Positions 27,891-40,578 of a stretch of DNA of 64,000 nucleotides are shown here, in pieces. Position numbers and translations under genes: made by a program. The notes beneath the pieces are model-generated. The model was not told where the DNA came from, searched no databases, and saw only the letters and a program-made list of their open reading frames with translations. Location: the NCBI GenBank assembly GCA_013239625.1, contig MU053645.1, positions 62,001-126,000 of the forward strand, given 5' to 3'. The number at the start of each line of letters is the position of its first letter. Position 1 is the first letter of the stretch. The stretch is from Lama guanicoe. Taxonomy: Eukaryota.

Positions 27891-30800
27891 CAGGGGGCCT
27901 TTCCCTCAATTAGAGGGAGGAGAATCGCCAAGTTAACTGAAATTCACTTAAAGGGGAAAAACATTCATTTTTAAAAGGATTCGAAAGAGAAATGGCAACA
28001 TGTGTCTCTTTAATTTCCATTCAAAACACAGGGGTAGGTGATATTCTGAAAAGAAATAGCATATTCCTTTATCATATAATAAAGACTCAGTTAAAAATAT
28101 CTCTTACAGATTTTTCTTGCCTTCTCTGGTAACACTTCTACAAAAGATTTTAAGACCCGGTAGATCTAGGTCCACTAAAAAGACCCACTTTGTCCTTGTT
28201 TGTGACTGCAGCAAATTAATGCATTATTTTGTGGAGAATTAAATCTCTACAGTTTTAATTCCTCTCACCATGGGACATGATAGGTTTCTCTTTTACTCAG
28301 TTTGCTTCATCCTTCAGAAAGTTTCACTTTTTTTCAAGTAAAGTCATTTTTAAACCTAAAACATCAGCCAAAATCCTTAATGAAGAGAGATATAAGAGAT
28401 ATATATCTGAATATATTAAAATTGAAAAAAAAACTATTCCTGGTGAAAACACTATAAAGCAAAGTTGAAAACAGAAGAATAAACTTGACAAACTGTTTTC
28501 AATTCAAAAAGTATCTCTACTCTAAAGTAGCTCTTACAAATTGACAAGAAAAAATAGTGAAGGTAAAAAAAAAAAGAGAGTAAGGGACATAAACAATTCA
28601 CAGTGTTCTGAGGGAGTAATTGTTAACCACTCCAAATATTTACTTCCCAAGCTCATGCAGTGCAACTACAGGTATCTCTGTCCTTATACAGTTGCAAACC
28701 TCCAGGCTGTTTGGTAAGATTGTTTAAATTGGATGTTTTAAAGCCAGCTTGACTCTGACAATAATCAGTGCCCTGAAACTTACCTTCACCTTGTACGAAA
28801 GCTGACATTTAGGCTTCTATCTGCAGCTTCATTTATTTTACATCAATTTGTTCAATTTGTTCAGTGAGGAAAGAGAGGTGCTATTCATGGGGGCTCCTCA
28901 AAACCCAAACATTAGAAATAAAAATTAAAACTAAACAATCCACAAAAGAGACTCACCTTCCCTAACTAAGAGATGCAAATATGAACAGCAATGAATTTCA
29001 CTTTTCTACCTAATTTGTTGTGTAATGAAGTGCCCCCCCCCCAAATGATACAACAGACAGTTGGCAAGAGAGTGAGGAAATGGGCACTCTTGCTCACGTG
29101 CAAGGTCACAAAGCTGGGAAGGGGGCAAAACAAAATCAAAGCCAAGGTCTTATCTGATTCCCAAATAGAAAGACGTGTTCTCTCTCCACCAGTACTCAGT
29201 GCCTTCTGGGCTTCGAATCCTGTTTCTTGGGCATAACCAAGGATGATGTCATCCACCTTCAGATTGTGGGGGAATTAGTGAATGTAACCTCTGAGTGAGT
29301 GTTGTTTAATCTTACGTCCCTGCTGGTGGACCCACCAGTGAACTACAACAGCCTTCAATTATTACCATACTTAGCTATGATGTCTCCATCTTTTACATAC
29401 AACTACATTCTTACACCAATTACAACATATGCTTCTGTACTATGCTTTTGCACTGACCGTATACTTTCACTTGGCCATTGAGTAGTTAAGACATGTCTGT
29501 TTTGTGTTGCAGGTCCTGGTAGTAACTTTCCTTTCAGATATGGTTATTCCTGGACAGGGACTGAAAACCACCTGTTACGCAGAGAAATGCCTATTCCACT
29601 TTATCCTCATTTACTGTTGGTAGCTCCCCGTTCTTGTGTTTTGTTATTTGCAACTTCAAATTCAATATCCTCTTTCATTGAGCTTTTTTTTTGTTCACAA
29701 AATATTCAAGAAATTAACATTTAAATTTAGATTTAAATTGCCTTTAATCTAGGGGGATTGTTTCCCAGGAAGGGGTAAAACCTACATACTGCTAATGGAT
29801 CACTTTGAGGGTTAGTTCTCTTAAGATAATGTTACATGTTTTAAAAAGAAAAACGTTACAAAATGCAGGTAAAGTTGGTAAGGCCCTCACAGATCCATCC
29901 ATCATCACAGTGAACAAGTAAACACGACTCCTGTCTCCTGCCACCTCTGACTAATTCAGGTTAGGGAAACAGAGCTGCAGTATGACACAGCTCTTCCTGT
30001 GATTAACAAACAAAGGGAAAGAAAACTGCATCAGGGGCTCTAAAGAAAGAAGGGTCAAGCTGGATCAAAATTATTCCGCTAACCAATCTGAGTAAAGGAT
30101 ATCAAGGGTTCTCTGGTGAGGAAATATGGATTTCTGTTGGCAGAATCCAATGTCTAGCCTTCAGGAGTGTGCCACAGAGGCATTATGATACAGTTACATT
30201 TTTTGAAGTGTTCAAACAGGCAGGCAGGCAGACAGTTGTAGGTTTGAGACCTTTATTAGCTCAGTGGAGAGAACATTTTGAAATCCCTGACAACTATGCT
30301 AACTTGTCATGTCCCCTACTTGATAGCACAGGTAAGAAACATACATGACTCACATGCATCTCTGACATTAACCTAGGTTGTCTAAATATTAAATATTAAA
30401 CCACATTTGAAGGTACAATAATTTAAAAAAAAAGATTTTGGTACCTGCCTAAGTGTGTAGTGAGAAACAGAGGAGACAGGAAGGATGGGAAAAGAGGGGA
30501 AACAAGTCCTAATTTAATCACAGAGAAACTGAATTTGCACATGTTCAGTTAGTGCACCTGGATATAGACAAGAAATCAATCAATAGATACGCAATGTGCT
30601 GGAAAACTCCCTGGGACACTGTGTGGTTCTAGCTGCCTGGTTTTCTAGAAAAGCAGTGTATTTGAAGGGCCCTTAACTCTGTTGTGTTAGGGCTAGTAAA
30701 TGGCTCTTACCTGCTGTAGCCTCTTCTTATCCTTCTGAGACTATACAAAGTAGCTTGAATAAAGTGTTTTCAATAGGTGACAGCTGGATTAGATTAAAAC

Positions 30801-31677
30801 ATGGCAAAAAAGAAGAGGGAACAGATAAGTTTACTCTGCTAAGCAGAAAGAACACGGACAATGAAACTGGAGACAAGATACAAATTCAGAAGAATAAGTA
30901 GTGCATTTCAGACAGAGGAGGTCAGAGACCTGGACATCTTTCGGGAGAAAGGAACAAAAACTGAGAAGAATTATGATAACACAAACCCAATATCCCACCT
31001 TTACTATTTCTATTTTGTACTATAAATAGGGAATGTGTGTGGGAGGGCCTTTGAAAATGGCAGAGACGTTATTTGTGTTCCTAGATAATTTGGGCCTTTT
31101 AAATCTCACTGGGTTGTCATGACGGAAGGCTGGCTTTAGTGTTTCCTATGCTGTTAGTGCTGTTAGTGTCTCTCCAAAGCAACCAAAGAAATCATGGACA
31201 CAGACAGCGAGGTTCAGCATCAACAACCTCATTCAAGAGAGGACACAGATGTCTACTTAAGGAAGGCTGTGAGACCTTAAGCAGGTCTTAAGAAATCCTT
31301 GTAACTAATCTATCTAGTATGTGGTGATGACAACCTAGCATAGTTGTCAAGGACTGGAGAGTCAGGCCATGGGCTGGAACCTCTGGTAAATACCTGAATA
31401 GTCTCTTACACTATTTCTTCACAGTGATTTTAACACATGAGATATTATTTCCTCAAAACCAGAAGCTATGGCTTTTAATTACAAACCATTATGCCTGCAG
31501 AACACAGAGCAAAATGAATTGTATCTCAAATTCCGAACCTAACATGACTTTGATATGAAAGATGGCTTTTAATTTAAAATGCTATATGGCTGCAGAGCAG
31601 GAAGCAAAACAAATTATACCCCAAGTTTTCAACATGTGTTTAATGTGAAATATTTCATGAAATGGGAAGAGCCTTAC

Positions 31678-31863
31678 CCAGTGTCACGTGGATCGTGGAG
31701 AGCCTGGCCCTGTGATGTGGTTGGTTTTATTCTCACTGCAGCTGCTTTTCCAGCAGAGCCTTCTCCCTGCTCGGCACTTTTGTGGTCACGCTGCCTTTCT
31801 GGGGCTTGACTGGTATCACATGCAGATCCCCCAGGTCGTGTGTATCTCTGATATTGACCTAAG
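31678..31863 (-). other. Putative 5'UTR 'exon B', copy 3
   Basis: Nearly identical to 25368-25553 at offset 6310. Confidence 0.5.
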
Positions 31864-34497
31864 CTGTCCAAGAGGAGACAGGGAATCAAACCAATTAAAT
31901 GGAAAAGGTGTAAAGAAACTTCACTGCCAAAACTTCAGCCGGCATGTCATTCTGACACACAGGAATGAGATGAAATCTCCCCTGTGATGTAGATGCCATG
32001 TTTATTTTCCTTCTTGTCCTTATTATTTGAAGTGCTCTCTGTGATACAGTTATGCTAGTTGGTTCATGCTAAAATCATTCCTCTCATGAAAAAGTATGAT
32101 TTGGAAACAAGAAAGAATGGAAGTAACAATTGCCTTGTGTCTCTCTACAGGCCAAATCTGAGTGGCTAGATTTTTTAAGTGCTTTCTGTTGTGAATTCTC
32201 ACATCAGTCCTCGTGCTTTTTTATATTTTATATATGTGTAATATTTCACCGGAACTGCAATCACACTCTACATATTGTCTCATAATCTGTTAACAGAAAA
32301 TACATTTCATTGCTTTGTTTGTCCACTTAATAAAAATGGTTGCCTGGAAGAAAATTTTGGATACCTGGCAAGCGCCATCTTGTGACTAGAACCAGAACTG
32401 CAGACACTCAGGTCCTTGGTGAGAAAGGGTGGGAACTACAGCCCTCCAGACAGTAGCCTTCTCAGGCTTGTACATTTTTTCATTTTCAACTGAAGAGTTG
32501 TGTGTGTGTTGCAGAAAAATGGGATCATATTTCCCCATTTTAATGCTTGCTCTTATAATATCTCTCATGCATACTGTATATCTTCATTTTTTGATTATTT
32601 CAAGAAAGAAAGCAAATCCCCAGAATAATGGTCAAAATGTAATGGATTGTTTTATACATTTACAGATTTTTTAATACATATTTATAAATGTGCATTTTTT
32701 TGAAAGCAGACCTTTATCCCCACCAAGGATAAATTTTAACATCTTTCCACATCAATAAATATTTTCTGCGTCATCTTTTTATGAATTACTTTTACAAGAT
32801 TATTCTGTATTTCTAAAGCTTTATCTCATCTTTTCATAATGAAAATTACTGAAGCTTACTCTCTTCAAAATAAGATTTTTTAAATGGAGAAATGTAATAT
32901 ATAAAAGGTTGAACTGTTCTGTCTCCAATTACACTCATATGCCCAAATAATAAAGTAGCATGTATATTTCCAAATTTTTCTTGTGTACATTGTACTAATA
33001 TTACAGGCCATTCGGCAATTTGCTTATTTTTAGAGTATACTTCCCACATCCTTTCTTATTTTTGCATTTAGTTCACTGCATTAGCTTATTCTTTTTACAG
33101 CTGCATAGTATTCAAAATTATGCATGTAAGAGCCTACATGACTATTTCACAATATTTTAAACATTTCTTGAATTCTTTCTCGAGATTATATAAAAATACA
33201 AATAAATATCTTTGGCTTGAACCAAAGTCTGGATAACAGTCTAAACATTTGAACTGCAAGAAGAGCATAAGCAACCAGATAACCAGCCTTCTCAGATCCA
33301 CAGAAAAATCCACTTTTAGCTAAAAACAATGGAGTGTGTGTGGGTATCTATGTCTGTAACAAAATGGATTTTTCTCTTTCAGCTCCACTATGTGTTTCAA
33401 AAAAACCATAAAGGTACATAAAACCTAAAGAAGAAAATACACAAGCTTCATATCCCAACCCCTGAATTGTTCACTGCTTATTTTTGAGTCTAATCCCCTT
33501 GATTTTTCCCTAATCATATATATGAAATTTCATCATATATATTTAATTTAAAATACTGTATTCATATATATGTATATATATGCCCTTTCCTCACTCTGAT
33601 GTGTATATATTAGAATACACAATTTGAAATTACATTTATTCATCAACATATTTGAATATCTTTCCATGTTTCTATATGTTTACACATTTTTTTGTGCAGG
33701 CAGTTTTTTTCCCCCATGTTTTAAAAATTCTTACCTCAGTTATTTTTTATGGTGACACAGGTTCTACATGCTAAGTGAAATGTGGGAAAAGAAGTGGAAA
33801 ATTTCCTCTTTTTTCCTTAGACATCATTTATTACTACATATATTGTTGTGTTCTATTATATCAATATGTTTATTATTCTTCAGTTTACGGTCTTTCAGAT
33901 ATTTTTCATATTACAGTACAAATAGGAATACATCATTCTCTTAACAGCCAGATAACCAAACTTCTTATTGCGAGAAGTACTTAAACTTGCACAGTGATAT
34001 ATATTACTTCAGATTATTGCTATACAAACTCCACCCAGACAGTAAGATTTGTTAGAAACCCCATCAACAACCAAAGAAATATAAAAAGTCAACACTCCCA
34101 ACTAATAACTTCATTTTTCATTTGGGATTATCATAATCTCTTTTTTTTTCAAAATAAGGAACATTAATTTCTCAAGTTTTGTTTCATCATTTTTCTGTTA
34201 CCACTGCTCTCTGACTGAAACATAAAATGCCCTATTCAACAGTTAGCTTTTGCAACCTCATGAGGTATTTTTTCCGCAGGTGTAATCTGATCACCTCCCC
34301 CACTTTTAAAGAGTGGACTTTTAAAATAGCTGGAAGGAATACAAAATCCAGATATTAATTCCCTCACAGAAACAACGACTCTCACAAAACGACACTCCTC
34401 TCCCACCACTCCAAAGCAACAGTCCCTTCTTTTCTCACCTTTACTGCCAAGTCTCCAGAAATCTCGAAAAATAACTAGCTTTTACGACAGCCATTAC

Positions 34498-34635
34498 CTC
34501 CAAGCTTCTTCTCCTCTCCCTTCGGCGGAGGCCTCCGAAGTCTGTCTGTAATGCGGCTCCTCCCCCAAGACTGGCCAGGGACGGCTCACTTCCAAGCTTC
34601 TAGAGGATGCTCCGCCCCCTCCCTGTGATGGGGAA
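34498..34635 (-). promoter_or_regulatory. Promoter and first exon, copy 3 (GC box 34610-34623), the most CpG-rich copy
   Basis: Same GC box and GAG|gtaatg donor; different, CpG-containing exon body. Confidence 0.6.
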
Positions 34636-37600
34636 AGCAGGAGGTCCTTCCCTCGTTTAGAGGGAGGAGGATCACCAAGTTAAACCGAAATACAGTTAAA
34701 GGAAAGAAATGCTCATTTTTAAAGAACTTTAACGTGTAATGGAAACATATGTCTGTTCAATTTTCTTTCAAACCCCTAGGGTGGGTGATTTCCTGAAAAA
34801 AGAAAAGAAAAGGAGATAGCAAGTCCCATTTTCGTGTAATAAAGCTGCAGTTAAAATGTTCCTTACATATTTTTTCAGGCCTTCTCTTATTCTTTATCTC
34901 TGGTAATTAAGACCTGTTAGTCAGGCTTTACTAAAAAAGCATGCGAAGTGTCTTGATTGGGATTGTAGTGAATCAATATTTTATTTTATGGAGAATTCGT
35001 TCTTTACAATTTTGAATCTGAACCTGGAACACAATGTGTATCTTCTTTCATTCAGGTCTCTTAATCCTTCCTTCCTTAGGTCATTTCTAAGGAAAAATTC
35101 TCAAACAAGATCTGACTATATTGAAATTGAAAAAAAATGTATCAATAATAAAACCACAATAAGCCAAAGTCAAAAATCAACCACAAACTTAGAAATGTTT
35201 TTCAATGCATATGATTGGATAAACAAAAATATCCCTAAACTAGTTATATTTCATTCAGAAAGAAAGGAATAACGTACCAGAGAATTAGGCAAATGGCACT
35301 AGCAGACATTTCATAATATCCTTTTCTACTCCTGATATTTACTTACCTTTAAAGAAAGTTCAAGTAGGGCAACTTGAAGGCTCTCTGTGCTTCTTCTAGA
35401 CTGGACAGGCAGCTAAGCAGATGGATAGTTTGCTTAAATCTGGGTTTCTGTTACTCCCATTTCATTCTCATAATGAGCAATATCCTGCAATTCATTTTCC
35501 CCTCTTAATAAAGGTGACACATGTTTTTATCTGCTATTCCATTTATTTTATTGCAATTTGTTCATTATCTTCAAGATATGACAATTGTAACCTTTTATGT
35601 ACCCACTAAGAAACCTCAAAATGCGTAATACTGCAAAAATGTATAAAAATACATTACTGAGCAGGCAAGAGAATTTTGTAGAGCTCTAACAGAGTGGGAG
35701 AAAATTCCGACCAGCTCTTCCTGAGGCCCTTTTAGCATAGAAAGCATTTTGATCTCTCCCAGATTAAACACTACGTGCTTGGTCTTGTAGTATCTGATAT
35801 GATTTCTGATAGCACATTCTCTCAAGGTCGCTGATAAAATTTCAAAAACCTAGGCTTCTCAATACTGCAACTCTATAAAAACAGCCTTCTGTTCTTCTGT
35901 TCATGAGAATTTCTGCAAAATTGTGGAATCAGTCCTGTTCTTTATCAAGAAACATAATATTAGAAACATTGTTCATTGAAACATAGCAACATTAAGAACA
36001 GAGAACTGATAAACTTTGTTCTTTAAAATTGGAAGACCGTGAGAAACTTTGTATTGAGAAAGAAAAGATTCTATTCTGAGGGTTGCTCCTTTATTGTCAT
36101 TGATGTTTTAGTTTTCTTTGGTATTAAAAAATACTTTAAAATGAAACCAGTACAACAAAGAAAAAATACATACCAAACTATAAAATAGCCAATATGTCAG
36201 GTGTTGGTGAGAAAGAGAAGCAACTTGAATGTTCATACACTGCTGGAATGTAAATTGGAACTAATATTTTGGGAAATGCTTGATATTATCCCCTGAAACT
36301 GAACACTATAGAGGCTGAGATAGAACATTTAGGGCTTTCAGTAACAGAGTTACATGTCTAAATTGGTAGAGAAATGGTCCCCACAGAAAGCTATGCATAT
36401 TCAAGAGCACATATGAGACTATCTAATGGGATATATGAGGTATGTAATCAGAATTCATTTTTTATTTTAATTTATTTCAAAAGCTTTATTTATAAATAAA
36501 ATAATAGTACCATACAAACATATTTGTATGGTATTATTGTATTTTTATATACTTTATAAAATATTGAATTATGGGAGGTAGCAACAAATTTGTTACAGTG
36601 GTGGTAAAAAAGCTATGTAGAGATCTCTGCTTTATAGGACTCACAGTGCACATAGTCTTCCCATTTGTCTTCTCTCTGATTTGTGTGGTTTGGGATTATA
36701 ATCTCATAAAAAGACTAATCTGAACTTCCTAGATGGCCTATATATTGATCTCACTGCTCAGAGAAACTACTGTTACCTTCTATTAAATACTTAAAATAGT
36801 AATGAGAAATCAAAATGTAGTAAGCCAAGTTTTTACCAGAGGATTGATTCTTGCCAACTTCAGACAATGCTACAAAATATGTTGGCCTACTGCTATTTTA
36901 TTTGGACTATATAAAGGTTTTTACTATACTATTATAAAGCCAAAAATTTAATGCCAACAACGATTGGTTTTTTTCTTTAATGTCAACCTAAATTTAATTT
37001 CTAACTTCCCTATTTAACTTTGAGACCTTGAAAATAATGAGTGAATTTTTTTGATACCTGGAAAATTCCTAAGAAAATCAGAATCCATGAACACGGACCC
37101 TCAAACATACCAAGTTGCAATGCAATAATTTTTGAGAGTCTTACATATGAAAGTATTTATTTTCATAAAGTTCAAATTAATATAATAAAATCAATATGGA
37201 ATATGCATCAGCTTATAAGATGTTGAGAAGTTAATTATATTTTGAAGCTTAAGTCTAAACTTTTTATAATATGTATTTATTTGGGTGTATGTTTAAGTAT
37301 ATACATATAATGATACATTAATTTGAATAAGATCAGCTTAGGGATAATAGAAAGGAGAAGATTAAATAATTAAGATAAAAAATGATCTTAGAATATATAG
37401 TCTGCCCTTACAGTGATATCATATAGACTTATTTTTTTTAATATACTCTATCTAGATCCCAGAAAGGTGCTTCACTTATATGTATATTTTCAATTCAAAA
37501 AAGTTAACCTATATCCTTTTACACTGCCTTGTACCATGTTCATAGGTGCCTTATTTCAGGAAGAGCTAAATTTTTTACTTATCATGATGCTTCTTTCTGC

Positions 37601-39846
37601 TATATTTATTTTAAATGTTGTATTGTCATTCTGGTTAATGAAGTAGCCAAGGGTAAAACTGTTCTTTGTTCTTAGGTACCTATTTTAATTGATCAGCCAG
37701 TTTTCCCTAGTAGCCCTTTTGTTATTCTCTTCCCCCCAAACCAACCCTAAATTTAGAGTAATAAAACTGTCGAGGTATCTCTTACACCCAAATCATCTTT
37801 GGTAGTTTCCAGATGGCTAAAATGCAACACAAAAGGCTCATTTCTTCATCTTACAAAAGGAAGGATGAAAAATAGACTTAAGTGTATTTGTTATGCTCTT
37901 TATTTCATAATTGGATTCACAGTCTTAGAAGAACTACTATTTTTTTCAGATGTACATTGTAGAAAAATTGTCAAATCAAAAAAAGAAAATCAATTTCTAG
38001 ATTAATTTCGTATAGTGAAAGTATTATTGATGTAAATATGTTTCAGTAACTATCTTTTCAGGATAGATAGAAGCATGCTCTTAATCACGTGCATGGACTG
38101 ACAAAATAAATTTTACAAATTGATGTATAAGATTTCATTCCTAGGTTATTATTCCTTGCTTATTAGTGATGATAATGGCTCACACTTTATGGGAAGATTT
38201 TTAGAAACCTAGGGATTAATCAGTCATAATCCATAAGATGTTCTTACACTTAATGTTGACAAATATTTCCTAAATCTCTAAGAAAAGGTCATAGTAGGTC
38301 CATATATTTGTTTTTTTTTAAGGTCCATATATTTGTGTATTCACCAATAGGTGAATCCATGCCCCTATCTTGATATACTCAATTATGTTAATAAATTAAC
38401 CCAATCCTGTCAGTCTTCCCTTCCACACACATGTGAACTTAAGGGCCCTGGTTACAAGCTATAGGTGAATGTTTGGGTATAATGGAAGAAAATTGCAAGA
38501 GAGTTAGCCTTAGACCCACAATGAAATGGATTGTACAATGGACAGGAGATTCAAAATTTCCAAGACCATATTAGTCCAGAAACAGAGGACTTCAAGAGAT
38601 ACACTGCTGAGCCAAGATTAAAGGAAAGAGAACTACTTACACGTGACTAAGGGAGGACTGAATGAAATGAAGGAGAAGAGTTTGTGATTGTTTACATTGG
38701 GGTGTTTTGGGTATTGGACTTGATATTCTCTGTTTAGACAGTCTTAAACCATCCAGTTTTTCTCTTCTCTTTTTTCTTCTCTTTCTCCTCCTCCTTTTTT
38801 ATTCTAACTCTCAAACTCAGGGGGTAACAGTAATATTTCATTCTTTAAGTGGCAGGAAATTCAATTGACTTCCCAAAAAATCCACAGAGAAAATATTATG
38901 GTGTAGTTTATGTCATCAAATTTTATGATGTAACAGATTATTACAGTATAGAGTATAGCCCATTAGAATTTGTAAACACACAAAATTTCCTACTTGTTTA
39001 TATTATGACATTTTAATGTAAAAATAGACTGTAAATATGTATTTTCAGGGGAATAAAAAAACTTAAAGACAATGACTGTAGATATATAGAAGGCTGTTCA
39101 AAATCCCACTGTTTAGCCTTTATATGTTGCCAGAGAGGCATATGGCAAGATGGTTACATGTTTGATATTTTCAATATGACAAGCAGTCTGACAGACATAA
39201 ATTTATTTCTCAGTTCTGCCACTCATTAGTCATATAATGTTAAATAAATTCCTTAACTTCTGTATGCTTCAATTTCTTTACCTATCAAATGTGTATTATC
39301 TTTCTATCTTTAGAGTTGACAAAAGTAATTGAAACAATACAGTAGTTCACCAGAAATCAAATCAAATTTGTAATATAACCAAACCAGAAACATTACATTT
39401 GAAGGTAAAGTCACTTAATCAGAGCTTACAAGCTTACCATCGAGAAACAAGGATTATACTTGATAACTACGCCTAAAAAGACCTCCCAGGAAACTGTCCA
39501 GTACTTGGGCTATTGTTCAAAGGGTCCCTGCCTCACAGGTAGTCAAGGATATTTCTTCTCTGGCAGGTGACGAACTTTGGAAATTTGAGTGGATCTCTGG
39601 AAATGTGAGATTGCTGCACAATAATAGGTATTGCAAACAAATAGAGGTGAATTTATTGGTCCTTGTTCTCTAGCTTTAGATAAATTCATCAGAATGGGAA
39701 AGGGTATTTCTGAAGTAATAGGAACCATTTAAAACAGAGCTTTGAATTCCTTCCATAACGTACCAGTGAAAGTTATTAGGTCTTGGTAGTTTCTCACAAT
39801 AGAAGTTGTTAGCTGTGTATTAAGGAGGCCTGTATATGTTAAGTAA

Positions 39847-40578
39847 TGTTATCTAACCTGCTCGCCCAGGCACAGTAAAGCCAATCTACTGACACTGGGT
39901 TGTGGTGAAGCAAAATACAGTGTGTATTGCAGGGCGCCAAGCAAAGAGACAGGGCGGCTCATGCTTAGAAGACCCAACTCCCCAGTGGCTTTCAGCGAAG
40001 AGTTTTTAAAGGCAATGTGAGGCAGGAGGCTGCAGGGTGCTTGATCGGCTTATGTACAATTCTCATATTGGCTGGCATCAAGGTGACGTTTTGAACTTCA
40101 TTAACCTGGTTTCAACCTGTCTGTGGTTTATGTGCTTGTAGTCAGCAGTTTTCATCTGGTGGGGGATCTGTTTCCTATAAAACAATTTAGAAATGTGTGT
40201 CAGGCCTTTATCTTTCTATTTCAGGGAACTTGGGAGTTCAGTGATTCTGCCATGTGACAGATTTATAGTCTAAATTGTTGCCAGTTTCCCAGCCTGACAA
40301 GTATTCTCTGTTTCTATATCCTCACATTTCCTAATCATTAACTCTTCAGCCAGCCTTTTGAGACTTGGGGGAGGCCTGGGAGACTAAAGCAAAAGCTTTT
40401 TGCTTCAATAGACAGGGACACTGAGGCTTGTATATGGTTTCAGCCCCCACCCCCCTTTCTTTGATACTGCTCAATCTGGAGGGGAACAGGTTCAGGACAG
40501 GGAAGGGAATAAAATTTTGGATAGAGAGGTTAATTATAAACTCGCAGAGGAATTCGGCTTTAAGGGGACTTGGTTTCA
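39847..40578 (-). mobile_element. Solo ERV LTR (ERV1-like), 732 bp
   Basis: TG...CA termini with a perfect 4-bp TSD gtaa (39843-39846 and 40579-40582); minus strand begins TGAAACC; orientation inferred from resemblance to ERV1 LTR families. Confidence 0.8.

Larger units (their letters stand above)
23780..28450. repeat. Local segmental duplication cassette, copy 2
   Basis: Same order of blocks (acceptor homolog, exon B, YY1, exon C, tgtaatctgatcacc, promoter, old L1 fragment). Confidence 0.8.
29900..35250. repeat. Local segmental duplication cassette, copy 3
   Basis: Same collinear blocks; exon C degenerate near 33200-33380. Confidence 0.8.
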
